Part shown: positions 6,663 through 15,924 of the stretch, in pieces
How the letters are laid out: each line of letters starts with the position of its first letter
How positions within the stretch are numbered: position 1 is the first letter of the stretch
IMG/VR virus record: IMGVR_UViG_3300036860_000191
Span: 1-26,227 of that record
Strand: one strand, 5' to 3'
From: a virus
Taxonomy: Duplodnaviria > Caudoviricetes
Length of the DNA stretch: 26,227 nucleotides
The notes under the pieces: model-generated
What the model was told of the DNA's origin: nothing
Database searches by the model: none
Seen by the model: only the letters and a program-made list of their open reading frames with translations
Program-made: the position numbers and the translations under genes

Positions 6663-9076
6663 CATACAATTCTAAAAAGCCTGAATGGCTTGAAAAATCC
6701 GTTAAAACAATTTTCGACTCCTGCAATAAGGAGTGTGATAATAAGCGTAGATTTCTAGCTCCATTCTGGAAAAGAGCTGAATACTATTGGAATAACATCC
6801 ATGATATCTATTGGGATGCTGTATCATGGGATTGGCGTACCTTTGAGGGTGATAATCAAGATGAGGGATTTGAAGAATTACTAGATTCCAACAAAACCAT
6901 AAGTACATACCGCGCTTATGGTGAATCCATTGTTTCCGCGGCAACCATTGGCAAACTCAGCATTAGATTTTTTCCAGAGGATGCCGAAGATCCACTTGAT
7001 ATTGACAAGTCACGTATATACAGCGACATTGGTGATTATATCCAGCGTATGAACAACATCATTGATTTGAAGAGGAAGGCTTTCGTAATTCGATGGAATC
7101 AAGGATTGGTTGGAGCTTATACATATTTCAAGAGGGATAAGGATGAATATGGTGTAAGAAGGAAGCCTAAGATTGTTACTGAGGGTAGCATTAATGTAAA
7201 GAATGTTTGCAAAGAGTGTGGTTATGAGGAGGTTGAGAAAGAACTATCTGATCCGATGGATATGATTGCTGATACTGTTGAGGGTAATCAGCCTGATATA
7301 AATTCTATTATGAATGAAGGTTTACCGGATATTAATCCAATGCCTTCTCCTGATATGCCTCAGTCTCCAATACCAATTCCAGGTATGGATATAGGAATGG
7401 GTATGCCTCCCTCTCCTGATATGGGAATGGTATCTGGAATGGAGATGGGTATGAAAGAAGGAGAATGTCCAGAATGCGGATCAATGATGGAAAAGGAAGA
7501 TGAGATAATTGAAGATTCAACCCAGGATGGTTATGAAGAAGAAGATAAAGGAATGTCAGTCATTGAACTCTATCCTCCTCTATCTATTAAAATCCCTCAT
7601 TATGCAACAAAGCCATCCCAGATTAATTATGTAATCCTATCATCTGAGTTACATTTCTCTGAAGTAACAGCATTGTATCCAGATGATGAAGAGGAAATTA
7701 GTCAGGGTGATGTAGATAGTATTGAGGCCAATGAAAGGAATCAGGCAGATTACTACGGAGATTCTGCTGTATCAGAAAATCTAGTAACACTTACAAGGGC
7801 CTGGTTTAAACCTTGTATGTATAACATCATTGCTAAGGATAAAGAAAATCTAAAGCAACTTAAGAAGAAATATCCAAATGGATTTAAAGCAACCCTTGTT
7901 GGTAAAGACAATCGTTTACTGGATTGTGAACCTGAGAAGTTAGATGACCATTGGACATTCCTTAAATCTCCAACTGATACTCATATATACGCTAAAGCAT
8001 TGGGTGATCCAATGGTTCCCATCCAAGATATTGAGGATGATCTTGTATTCTTAACCTTAGATACAATACGTCATGCGGTTGGTGAGACATTCATCAATTC
8101 AGACATCATTAATATGAAGACATTGCGAAGCATGAAGAGTATGCCTGGATCGTATACTCCTGTTACTGTTAAGAGTAATAGACCAATCTCCGATAACTTC
8201 TTTACAACCAAGAATGCATCATTAAGCAGGGAAGTGGCTGAGTTAGCACAATATATGCAAGAAAAAGGTCAGCTTGTTGTTGGAGCTTTTCCTTCCATAT
8301 ATGGTGGTCAATTCGAAACTGGTTCAAAAACGTTAGGAGTTTATCAAGAATCTCGTACTCAAGCATTGCAAAGAGTAGCAATTCCAGCTGATTGTATTGA
8401 TGACATGCTAGCCGAAGCAATCTTCAAAGCTGTTAAATTATATGAAATCAATATGAGTGGGGATGAATCTTATGCAGTTGAGGAAGGAGGGAGTTATAAA
8501 AATGTAAATCTGAGGAAGCCAATTGGGGGGAATGTCAGTCGCGTTGAGGTAGTTAAGAGTGAACAATTCCCCACAACATGGGAACAAAAGCGTGCATTCA
8601 TTATGGAATTGCTTGGTATGAATTTGGAACCAATCCAAGCTGCTGTATTTGCTCCCGAGAATGTTGGAATGATTAGTAAGATAGTTGGTATTCCTGAATT
8701 GAAGGTTCCTGGTGAGAACGATCGTAATAAACAACTTCATGAAATTCAAGAATTATTGATGGGTGAACCAATCCCATCACAGAATACAGATCCAATGACA
8801 GGGATGCCTGCTGTTGATCCGAACACTGGAATGCCAATGATGACAAGTTCAGTTCCAATTGATAATGATGTTGATAATCATTCAATTCATGCTGGTGTGA
8901 TTACAGCCTTTGCAGTTTCTCCGGAAGGAATGAGAGCTAAGAAAGTCATTCCTCAGGGTTATGAGAATCTAATGCTACATCTGAGAGAGCATAAAGCTGC
9001 TGAGGCAATGATTATGCAACAGCAACAACCAATGCAGGTTAATGAAGAGGAGAAAGAGAATGTCGGAGTCAGTTAG
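6659..9076 (+). CDS. Portal protein with a split zinc-ribbon insertion
   Basis: 805 aa, located between TerL and scaffold/capsid. Helical, with DPMVPIQD and a Q/M/P-rich tail typical of podovirus portals. Carries CKEC and CPEC motifs. Confidence 0.85.
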   Translation: MTYNSKKPEWLEKSVKTIFDSCNKECDNKRRFLAPFWKRAEYYWNNIHDIYWDAVSWDWRTFEGDNQDEGFEELLDSNKTISTYRAYGESIVSAATIGKLSIRFFPEDAEDPLDIDKSRIYSDIGDYIQRMNNIIDLKRKAFVIRWNQGLVGAYTYFKRDKDEYGVRRKPKIVTEGSINVKNVCKECGYEEVEKELSDPMDMIADTVEGNQPDINSIMNEGLPDINPMPSPDMPQSPIPIPGMDIGMGMPPSPDMGMVSGMEMGMKEGECPECGSMMEKEDEIIEDSTQDGYEEEDKGMSVIELYPPLSIKIPHYATKPSQINYVILSSELHFSEVTALYPDDEEEISQGDVDSIEANERNQADYYGDSAVSENLVTLTRAWFKPCMYNIIAKDKENLKQLKKKYPNGFKATLVGKDNRLLDCEPEKLDDHWTFLKSPTDTHIYAKALGDPMVPIQDIEDDLVFLTLDTIRHAVGETFINSDIINMKTLRSMKSMPGSYTPVTVKSNRPISDNFFTTKNASLSREVAELAQYMQEKGQLVVGAFPSIYGGQFETGSKTLGVYQESRTQALQRVAIPADCIDDMLAEAIFKAVKLYEINMSGDESYAVEEGGSYKNVNLRKPIGGNVSRVEVVKSEQFPTTWEQKRAFIMELLGMNLEPIQAAVFAPENVGMISKIVGIPELKVPGENDRNKQLHEIQELLMGEPIPSQNTDPMTGMPAVDPNTGMPMMTSSVPIDNDVDNHSIHAGVITAFAVSPEGMRAKKVIPQGYENLMLHLREHKAAEAMIMQQQQPMQVNEEEKENVGVS

Positions 9077-10289
9077 GGATGCCTTGGATGCTTTGGATTT
9101 GGATGCTCCTTCTGAAACTGATGACAAAATAGATGAGGATTCTGATGCTTCTTCTGAGGAGGAATCTCCTGAAGATGATGAATCTACGGAAGAGGAAGAA
9201 TCAGAATCATCTGATAAAGATGAATCCAAAGAGACTGAGGAAGAACCGGAATCTACATCTAAAGAGTTCAAAGTACCTTCATTAATAACAAGGGTAAAGC
9301 AGAAGTTTGGTAAGGAAGTATTTAAGGAATTCCCTGAACTTGAAGATGCTTATTTCAAATGGAAGGAAGTTAGCCAATTACATGGAACCGTTGAAGAAGT
9401 AAAAGAATCACAAGAGAAAGCGCTTTATTTAGATCAGATTGGTGAGAAGTTAGTTGAAGGTGACATTGAACCAATTCTTGATGCAGCTTATGAGGCTGAT
9501 CCGAACTCAGTAACAAAAATTGCCCATAGCTTTTTGCCATTGCTGAGGGAGAAATCTCCTAAGCTATTTAGTCAAGTAATCCATCCAGTCGTTGTCAATG
9601 TACTAGCCAAGGTAGCTAAAGATGCTGAGGCAATGGGAAATGAAAATCTCCTAACCGCGGTAAGGTACATTAACAAGCATATGTTTGACGACGATGGAGT
9701 TCCAAGGAGGATGGAGCTTCCTAAATTTGATAAGGGTAATGATGAGGTTAAGCAGGAAAGGAATAAGTTAGCCGCGGAGAGGGAATTCAACTTCTATTCT
9801 AACGTAGAAAGTAAATCAGATCCAGTCATTTCGAGGATTGTAGCTAAGAATCTTGATCCTAAAGGTAGACTTCCTGAGGGAATTAGAGAGGTAGCTATTA
9901 ATAATATCAAGGCAATGGTATATCAGATGCTAACAAGTGATAAAGCTCATATGTCAAAGATGGCTGCATTGAAGAGAACTGCCATGGCTAATGGATATAA
10001 TGGTAACTATGCTGAGAATATTGCTAAGGAAATCCTAGCATCAGCAAAGGAATTAATCCCAATCGCAAGGGGTAAGGTTGTTAAAAAGCTTGGTATTGAG
10101 AAAATTCTATATAAGGGAGAGGGAGATGGTAAGGTAGATAAATCCATTCCTTCTCATTCATCTGGAACCATATCAACAGGTAGTGGAGGTAAGTTGGAAG
10201 TTGATAAGATTGATTGGGGCAAAACATCTATTCGTGATGCAATGGACGCTGCGATTGATGGTAAGGGTAATGTTCATCTTAAAAAGTAG
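9060..10289 (+). CDS. Probable capsid scaffolding protein
   Basis: Very acidic, disordered N-terminus and a helical body, located between portal and capsid. A GAGGAG RBS favours ATG 9060 over 9042. Confidence 0.75.
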   Translation: MSESVRDALDALDLDAPSETDDKIDEDSDASSEEESPEDDESTEEEESESSDKDESKETEEEPESTSKEFKVPSLITRVKQKFGKEVFKEFPELEDAYFKWKEVSQLHGTVEEVKESQEKALYLDQIGEKLVEGDIEPILDAAYEADPNSVTKIAHSFLPLLREKSPKLFSQVIHPVVVNVLAKVAKDAEAMGNENLLTAVRYINKHMFDDDGVPRRMELPKFDKGNDEVKQERNKLAAEREFNFYSNVESKSDPVISRIVAKNLDPKGRLPEGIREVAINNIKAMVYQMLTSDKAHMSKMAALKRTAMANGYNGNYAENIAKEILASAKELIPIARGKVVKKLGIEKILYKGEGDGKVDKSIPSHSSGTISTGSGGKLEVDKIDWGKTSIRDAMDAAIDGKGNVHLKK

Positions 10290-10325
10290 CTATGCATTCA
10301 TTGGGTTGGGTTGTTGAAGGGAAGG

Positions 10326-10384
10326 AACTCGATTTTCCCCTTATACCTTCTTGCGAAAAGGGGCGCAAAATAAATGATCGAGTT
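10326..10384 (+). promoter_or_regulatory. Structured RNA leader upstream of the major capsid gene
   Basis: Outer stem AACTCGAT/ATCGAGTT enclosing the alternative pairings CCCCTT/AAGGGG and TTGCG/CGCAA. Confidence 0.45.
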
Positions 10385-10431
10385 GGTTGGTTACATCTTT
10401 GAAATTAACTCTTAAGGTAGGGTAAAAGAGA

Positions 10432-11703
10432 ATGGGAAGTCAGAGTGAAGCTGCTGTATCTGGCTTAGAAATTGAAAAGGTCAGACCTATTGTGCGGTCT
10501 GCCTTTGATTATGACGCTTTGTTTTATGGAGATCTTAAAAAGAAGACTCCTGAAATTATCAGTAAAAGAGATATGAGAATCCCTATTAGGTTGAAGCCAG
10601 GTGGTAAATTCCGCCATGTGAATCCAGATGGTGGAGATTACGGTAGGGGTTCTGGAATCACATATGATAAGGCAGTTATTGGTGTTCAGCATCTTATGGA
10701 AGCTGTTGAATGGACAGATGAATCCGAATGGGCTACTGACAGTGAAAGGAAAGCTGTTCTAGATAGCTTCAAAGATGGATTAGCAAAAGCGCTTGAGGAA
10801 ATGCAACGGAATCTTGATTCTGTATGCATGACTGATGGCACTGGTGTAATCGGTACAGCAACAGTCTATGCTGTTGCTGGTGGAGTTGCTGTTCCTGGAG
10901 CCGATAGATTAACATTCACCACAGATGGTTTCAGGGCAAGGCTATTCCGATTTGACATGGATGTCAACGTTTATAATGCTGCCCTAACGGTTAACAGAAC
11001 GTTGGGAGCAGAAAGAACGATTGTATTCCATGATCCAGCCAATAACATCATCGAAATCACACCATCGTTAGCAACAGGAATTGCTACAGATAAGATTGTC
11101 TTATCTGGGTTGACAGCAACACCTCCTGTAAGCATTTTTGGTGTTCCATATCACCATTCTAATGCTTCTACAGGAACATGGCTTGGATTCAACCGAGCAA
11201 CAACTCCTGAAATCCGAGCGAATAGAGTGAATGCTGCTGGTCCATTTGCTCTCCCACTATTCCGTTTGGCATTGAATAAGCCAGGAGACAGGACAGGTAA
11301 GAAGAAGATTAAGTATACTGCTTGGACACATCCTGCTCAAACAGATGCTTATGAACAGATTACTGTCCTTAGTACGATTGTTAATCAAATGCCAAATGGT
11401 AAAGGCGCTGATATGTTCTATGATCCAGATAATATGCAAATGGCTGGAGTCCCTGTTAAAACATCTTTCAGCTGGGATCGTACTAGGATAGATTTGATCA
11501 GCAGGGATGCATGGGGAAGGGTTGAAATGAAACCCGCTGATTTCCTCAAGAAGAATGGAAAATATATCTTTGAAGGTCGCGGTGTAAGCGGTGGTGTTGC
11601 TGGATATAATATTGTTTATCCAAGGGTAAGCACGAATATCTATATTGATAATCCAGCAGAAGGAAGCTATATTGACGCCTTAACTGTCCCAACGGGGTAT
11701 TAA
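10432..11703 (+). CDS. Major capsid protein (HK97 fold inferred)
   Basis: 423 aa, after the scaffold. It has a long spine-helix-like segment ending in DGTG and a beta-rich insertion, and is followed by a small gene and a terminator. Confidence 0.85.
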   Translation: MGSQSEAAVSGLEIEKVRPIVRSAFDYDALFYGDLKKKTPEIISKRDMRIPIRLKPGGKFRHVNPDGGDYGRGSGITYDKAVIGVQHLMEAVEWTDESEWATDSERKAVLDSFKDGLAKALEEMQRNLDSVCMTDGTGVIGTATVYAVAGGVAVPGADRLTFTTDGFRARLFRFDMDVNVYNAALTVNRTLGAERTIVFHDPANNIIEITPSLATGIATDKIVLSGLTATPPVSIFGVPYHHSNASTGTWLGFNRATTPEIRANRVNAAGPFALPLFRLALNKPGDRTGKKKIKYTAWTHPAQTDAYEQITVLSTIVNQMPNGKGADMFYDPDNMQMAGVPVKTSFSWDRTRIDLISRDAWGRVEMKPADFLKKNGKYIFEGRGVSGGVAGYNIVYPRVSTNIYIDNPAEGSYIDALTVPTGY

Positions 11704-11705
11704 TC

Positions 11706-12032
11706 ATGGCACTAGCTGAAAACGCTTGGGACTTCTTACTACCAGGTGGTATTCCTGGATCTGGAAAGCCAAAAGTTGGTCCAGCTATAGCTTCGGCCGC
11801 TACAATTGCACCAACCTTTCCAATTCAATATGTATCTGGAACAGCTGCTGTTGTTAACATTACAGTACCTTATGTTGGATTCTCCGGAGTTATTATTCTA
11901 ATTCCAACAGGTATTTTCACATGGACAGCTGCTGGAAACATTGCAATTGCTGGAACAGCAGTTGTTAACAAAGCATTGTTCATGGTATATGATCCACAAG
12001 CTGCTAAGTGGATTCCTAGCTATTTGGCATAG
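11706..12032 (+). CDS. Probable capsid decoration/cement protein
   Basis: 108 aa, A/G/T/I-rich beta protein 2 nt after the capsid gene, before the shared terminator. Confidence 0.6.
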   Translation: MALAENAWDFLLPGGIPGSGKPKVGPAIASAATIAPTFPIQYVSGTAAVVNITVPYVGFSGVIILIPTGIFTWTAAGNIAIAGTAVVNKALFMVYDPQAAKWIPSYLA

Positions 12033-12039
12033 AGCTTTT

Positions 12040-12082
12040 AGAAGGAGGGGTTTAATTACTCCTCCTTCTTACTTCTTCTTTT
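12040..12082 (+). terminator. Intrinsic terminator after the capsid genes
   Basis: AGAAGGAGGGGT-ttaatt-ACTCCTCCTTCT forms a 12-bp stem with one G-U pair, followed by a T-rich tail. Confidence 0.8.
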
Positions 12083-12093
12083 GGTAAGATGTA

Positions 12094-12660
12094 ATGAATC
12101 AGTCTGATTTGGTTAAAGTAAATAAAACCTTAGCAGAGAGATATGGTAAATCCATAGATGGTCGATCTTACTTTAGATTGGTATGGAGTGAGGATGAGTT
12201 AGAGAAGAGAGAAGGTATATTTTTAGAAGAGCATCCAATCATTGATGACAAAGGAAGATTGATTGTTATTGAGAGTGAGGTTGAGGGAGTTAAGGAAACA
12301 TATAAGTATATGTATATTTGGGATAAATTTATTCTTGAGGAGTTAAGGTTTGAGGATATTCCGGCTGAGATTAAAAACAACCAGAAGGGATCATACGAAC
12401 CACTCTATGTATTTCAAGACAAGTTTTATGAACCGGTTGAACCAACAATGGATGCCATTGACATGCTTATCTATTATCGCCTGAATGGTAATCTAAAAGG
12501 TCATAAGCCCACTGAGGCTGAATTGATTAAACACCGAAGAGATCAGTTTAAAGAAGAAATTGATGAAGCAATTCCATCCGGTGTTGTAAATCAATTAGTT
12601 AAGGGTCATGCTGTTTTCTTGGATACTTCTAAGCAGAAGGAGAAAGTAAATGGCAGCTAG
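12094..12660 (+). CDS. Hypothetical protein, 188 aa
   Basis: Open frame with operon codon bias. Overlaps the next gene. Confidence 0.8.
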   Translation: MNQSDLVKVNKTLAERYGKSIDGRSYFRLVWSEDELEKREGIFLEEHPIIDDKGRLIVIESEVEGVKETYKYMYIWDKFILEELRFEDIPAEIKNNQKGSYEPLYVFQDKFYEPVEPTMDAIDMLIYYRLNGNLKGHKPTEAELIKHRRDQFKEEIDEAIPSGVVNQLVKGHAVFLDTSKQKEKVNGS

Positions 12661-12997
12661 GCCATCGCAACAACAATTGGTTGCTGTTGAAGATACATTA
12701 GGTGCGGCTGATGGAACAAAAGTATTAGCTGCTGCTCCTGGTGCTAATAAACGTATTGTTGTTGTTACCTTGCAAGGTTCTGTTATTGTATCCGCGGCAT
12801 CAGCTTGTGATATTGAGTCAGGAGATGGTGTTATTGAGTTGATTAGATTCGGTGCAAGTCCTGGATTACATCAGTTTACTAGAATGTGGATTGGTGGATT
12901 TCCACTTCCTCTCAATCAACCTCTAATTATCCAACCAGATGCACCTGGTCCTTCTGTTCATGCTACTGCTGAATATTACATTGAAGGTAAGCAATGA
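12650..12997 (+). CDS. Probable small virion beta-sandwich protein, 115 aa
   Basis: AAGGAG RBS, alternating beta pattern, structural context. Confidence 0.7.
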   Translation: MAARPSQQQLVAVEDTLGAADGTKVLAAAPGANKRIVVVTLQGSVIVSAASACDIESGDGVIELIRFGASPGLHQFTRMWIGGFPLPLNQPLIIQPDAPGPSVHATAEYYIEGKQ

Positions 12998-13191
12998 CGC
13001 TGGTTGAATTTAAGAATAGAGTTAATAGGTTGTGGGTCATTGGGAGGAGGAGCAAGATTGCTTATGTACGGTTTTATCCAAATCCTGGATTTATGCTTCC
13101 ATTATGGAAGAACAAAAGAGTAAGATATAGTAAATTCTACGGTTGGAAAATAACTAAAGCTCCGACTGATTCTAATCCAAGAGGTCTATAA
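12994..13191 (+). CDS. Basic hypothetical protein, 65 aa
   Basis: ATGA overlap upstream and TAATG overlap downstream. Confidence 0.65.
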   Translation: MTLVEFKNRVNRLWVIGRRSKIAYVRFYPNPGFMLPLWKNKRVRYSKFYGWKITKAPTDSNPRGL

Positions 13192-13637
13192 TGCCGCAGT
13201 TCGCCAGACCAGATGCCGATACGTTAATAGGAAACTTCCAGGATCAAGCTGGAGGAACGACTAATATCTTCAACTCAATTGATGAATCTGCGGCATCAGA
13301 TGCTGATTTTATTCGCTCTCCAGTATCACCAGTTAATGAAGTTTATGTTTGTCGTTTATCTGACGTTACTGATCCAATATCTTCTTCATCCCATATAATG
13401 AGAATGAGAACAGCGAATGATGTTGCATCCGGTGGTGAAACACTTAATTATACCCAACAGCTTCGTATGACGTATGTTAATGAAGGTTCTCAAGGAACAT
13501 TAATCGCTTCCCAAAGCCGAAATGGCGTAGCAGATGCTACATGGACAACCTCAACCTACACCCTAAGCGGTGCAGAAGCAGATGCTATTACTGATTATAC
13601 TGCATTGTTCTACAGGTTTGTTGTTAATAAACCATAA
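13191..13637 (+). CDS. Probable virion jelly-roll-like domain protein, 148 aa
   Basis: T/S/A/D-rich beta protein (MPQFARPDAD ... AITDYTALFYRFVV). GAGG RBS. Confidence 0.7.
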   Translation: MPQFARPDADTLIGNFQDQAGGTTNIFNSIDESAASDADFIRSPVSPVNEVYVCRLSDVTDPISSSSHIMRMRTANDVASGGETLNYTQQLRMTYVNEGSQGTLIASQSRNGVADATWTTSTYTLSGAEADAITDYTALFYRFVVNKP

Positions 13638-13643
13638 ATAGGG

Positions 13644-14795
13644 ATGGCAACTAGATTAAGATTTACGTCGGAAGCAACTGCTCCGGCAGTTTCCCCTGCA
13701 TTACAAACTTATCTTCATAATGCACCAGCTACTGTTAGAAGGGTTTTAAAATCTTCAGACAGTTCGGCTTTATCGACAGTAGCTTATAACCCTGATTCTT
13801 CGGATCATATAGTAGCGGGAGATTCATTAGCATGCCAATTTGTATCGAATCCTATGGTTGCCGGCATAACATTTACTGTACTTGATACGATTAAATGGTG
13901 CCTTCAATGTTTAGAATCTAATGCTGGAAACAATTTAAATCTTCAGCTGTTCATCTCAATCGTATCTCAAGATGGAGCCACTGTAAGGCATACATTAATT
14001 GGAAAAACTGAAGAACCAACTGAATTAGCTACAGTTCTTACAAGTAGATTCCATTCTGCATCACAAACTGGAACAGGATATACAACTGTATTAGGTGATA
14101 GATTAGTTGTTGAGGTAGCTGTTGAAGGAACACCAGTAGCAACAAGTGGAGTACAAGCCCATAATGCATCTATTAGATTTGGAAACAATGGTGCTGGTGG
14201 TGATCTATTAGAAAATGATACTCAAACAGGAACTACTCTTAATCCTTGGATTGAATTTGTTCCTACAATTACATTCGTAACTCCAACAAAAGGACAAGTA
14301 TCATGGGCGGAATTTGAGATACCCCTTGTAGGCACTAAAGGAAGGATCAGTTGGTCTGAATTTGAAGTTCCTTTAGTAGCTACAAGAGGAAGAATTAGTT
14401 GGACTGAGTTTGAAATTCCATTAGTACCAACAAAAGGGTTAGTATCTTGGGCTGAGTTTGAAATCCCAACTGCATCAAGTACACCAACTAGGGGTTTAGT
14501 TTCCTGGGCAGAATTTGAGGTTCCAGATCCTCCTACGCCAACGAAAGGATTGATATCTTGGGCAGAATTCGAAATACCTAATTCTCCCACACCAACAAGG
14601 GGAAGATCATCATGGATGGAATTTGAGACTCCATTCGTAGCTACAAGAGGAAGAATATCATGGAGTGAGTTTGAAGTTCCAAACTTCGGTTCCCCTCCAA
14701 TAGGAGCACCATCTGATAGTAATATAAATATTATGATGGCTTATATTCGAGATCTTTTTTCGATTGTTTTGTTTACGTTAAACGTCGTTTGTTAA
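13644..14795 (+). CDS. Probable virion protein: N-terminal beta domain plus 8 tandem SWxEFExP repeats
   Basis: About 210-aa T/S/G-rich domain, then eight T[KR]Gx[VIS]SWxEFE[VIT]P units and a hydrophobic C-terminal tail. Confidence 0.8.
   Translation: MATRLRFTSEATAPAVSPALQTYLHNAPATVRRVLKSSDSSALSTVAYNPDSSDHIVAGDSLACQFVSNPMVAGITFTVLDTIKWCLQCLESNAGNNLNLQLFISIVSQDGATVRHTLIGKTEEPTELATVLTSRFHSASQTGTGYTTVLGDRLVVEVAVEGTPVATSGVQAHNASIRFGNNGAGGDLLENDTQTGTTLNPWIEFVPTITFVTPTKGQVSWAEFEIPLVGTKGRISWSEFEVPLVATRGRISWTEFEIPLVPTKGLVSWAEFEIPTASSTPTRGLVSWAEFEVPDPPTPTKGLISWAEFEIPNSPTPTRGRSSWMEFETPFVATRGRISWSEFEVPNFGSPPIGAPSDSNINIMMAYIRDLFSIVLFTLNVVC
14286..14681 (+). repeat. Intragenic tandem repeat, 8 units of 16-19 codons
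   Basis: Protein-level conservation with diverged synonymous positions. Linkers are LVG, LVA, LVP, TASSTP, DPPTP, NSPTP and FVA. Confidence 0.9.
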
Positions 14796-14807
14796 AGGAG
14801 ATTTTAA

Positions 14808-15299
14808 ATGTTTAGAGTTGAGAATCCTACCGATCTGCTAGTACAAGAAACAGTGTTCAATGCAAAATATATGGTAACTGCTAAAGGTTTTGTTGATGTA
14901 CCAACTAGGGAAATTGCAGATGCATTGGTTACTGAATCGGGTGGGAAATTAGTTATAACAATGGAAGGAAAACAAGCAAGGTACTTTGTTTCGCATGATG
15001 CTCCAGTACCTCTCACTGTATCATGCGGAGGTGTTAATATAATTATTCCGGTTGGAGAGCAGCTTGAATTGGATAGTAAAAAAGCTGCCGAGTCTGTATT
15101 GAATGATTATAATAATACACTACATCCTCATGGATATAAATTAGTTATGACCTCTGTTGATGATGAAACTTTAGAGGAGAATTTTCCTCAGGAAGAAACC
15201 ACAAGCTCGGAAATGGTATCTTCCTTAGATGAAGAAGTAACTCCAACAGAGGAAGTTGAGTCAGATTGGAAAGGACCACGTGGAAAGGGAAGAAAGTGA
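14808..15299 (+). CDS. Hypothetical protein, 163 aa, internal duplication and acidic tail
   Basis: AAGGAG RBS. Two similar ~45-aa beta-beta-beta-alpha units, an E-rich tail and a basic tip (KGPRGKGRK). Confidence 0.8.
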   Translation: MFRVENPTDLLVQETVFNAKYMVTAKGFVDVPTREIADALVTESGGKLVITMEGKQARYFVSHDAPVPLTVSCGGVNIIIPVGEQLELDSKKAAESVLNDYNNTLHPHGYKLVMTSVDDETLEENFPQEETTSSEMVSSLDEEVTPTEEVESDWKGPRGKGRK

Positions 15300-15907
15300 G
15301 TAAGTATACCATTGCGTCAGTATGTAACTTTCGTATTGGGAATGAACATAAGCCTGGATTGCACCCATCCGACTATTATATCGAAGCTGCCTCACCTAAT
15401 AATATATCGGTATTGGTGATTGGTGATGGTATGCATTATATTCCACAACTCAATGGTAAGGCATTGAGAATTAATGTTATGGCTGAGGAAATTGCAAAGG
15501 CAGTTGTATTTGACTTTTGCTCTGCTTCTATCCTGGCTGATGATATTGTTAAACCAGGATTATTTTGTGTTGAGGGAGAATTCACTCCTGAGGAAATCAT
15601 GAGTGATTTTCCTAATGAGGTTAAGGAAGCAAGAAAAAGTCATATTGAATGGTGTAAGAAATTAGTCAAAGCTGGTGATGATGATTGGGCTGAAAATCAT
15701 AAGTATAAGACAATCGCTGAAGCTTGTAGGAATGCTGCGAGGTTCTTAGGATTAGAAAGGGATTGGTTGGAAGTTAAGCATGAAGATGTTATTGAGGTTA
15801 AATGTCCAGCTTGTAAGACGGCTATTGATAGTACAGCTATTGTATGTATGAATTGCAAAGCGGTATTGGATAAGAAGAGATACGCTGAACTTTCTTTTGC
15901 TTCTTAG
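15296..15907 (+). CDS. Protein with a C-terminal zinc ribbon
   Basis: CPAC-x10-CMNC motif. A GTGA overlap suggests the start is 15296 rather than 15266. Confidence 0.8.
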   Translation: MSKYTIASVCNFRIGNEHKPGLHPSDYYIEAASPNNISVLVIGDGMHYIPQLNGKALRINVMAEEIAKAVVFDFCSASILADDIVKPGLFCVEGEFTPEEIMSDFPNEVKEARKSHIEWCKKLVKAGDDDWAENHKYKTIAEACRNAARFLGLERDWLEVKHEDVIEVKCPACKTAIDSTAIVCMNCKAVLDKKRYAELSFAS

Positions 15908-15924
15908 ATTTGTGAGGTAGAAAG

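Noticed and set aside
10340-10400. c-di-GMP-I riboswitch call
   Set aside because: Only partial resemblance. The conserved 5' GGCAAA and the tetraloop receptor are absent, so it is kept only as an unnamed structured leader.
11695-11710. Programmed frameshift or readthrough fusing the capsid to the next ORF
   Set aside because: No slippery heptamer, the stop is TAA, and the next ORF has its own ATG.
14286-14681. Repeat region as a CRISPR array or DGR template/variable repeat
   Set aside because: The repeats are conserved at the protein level and diverge at synonymous sites. There are no identical DNA repeats with spacers, no adenine-specific variation and no reverse transcriptase in the window.
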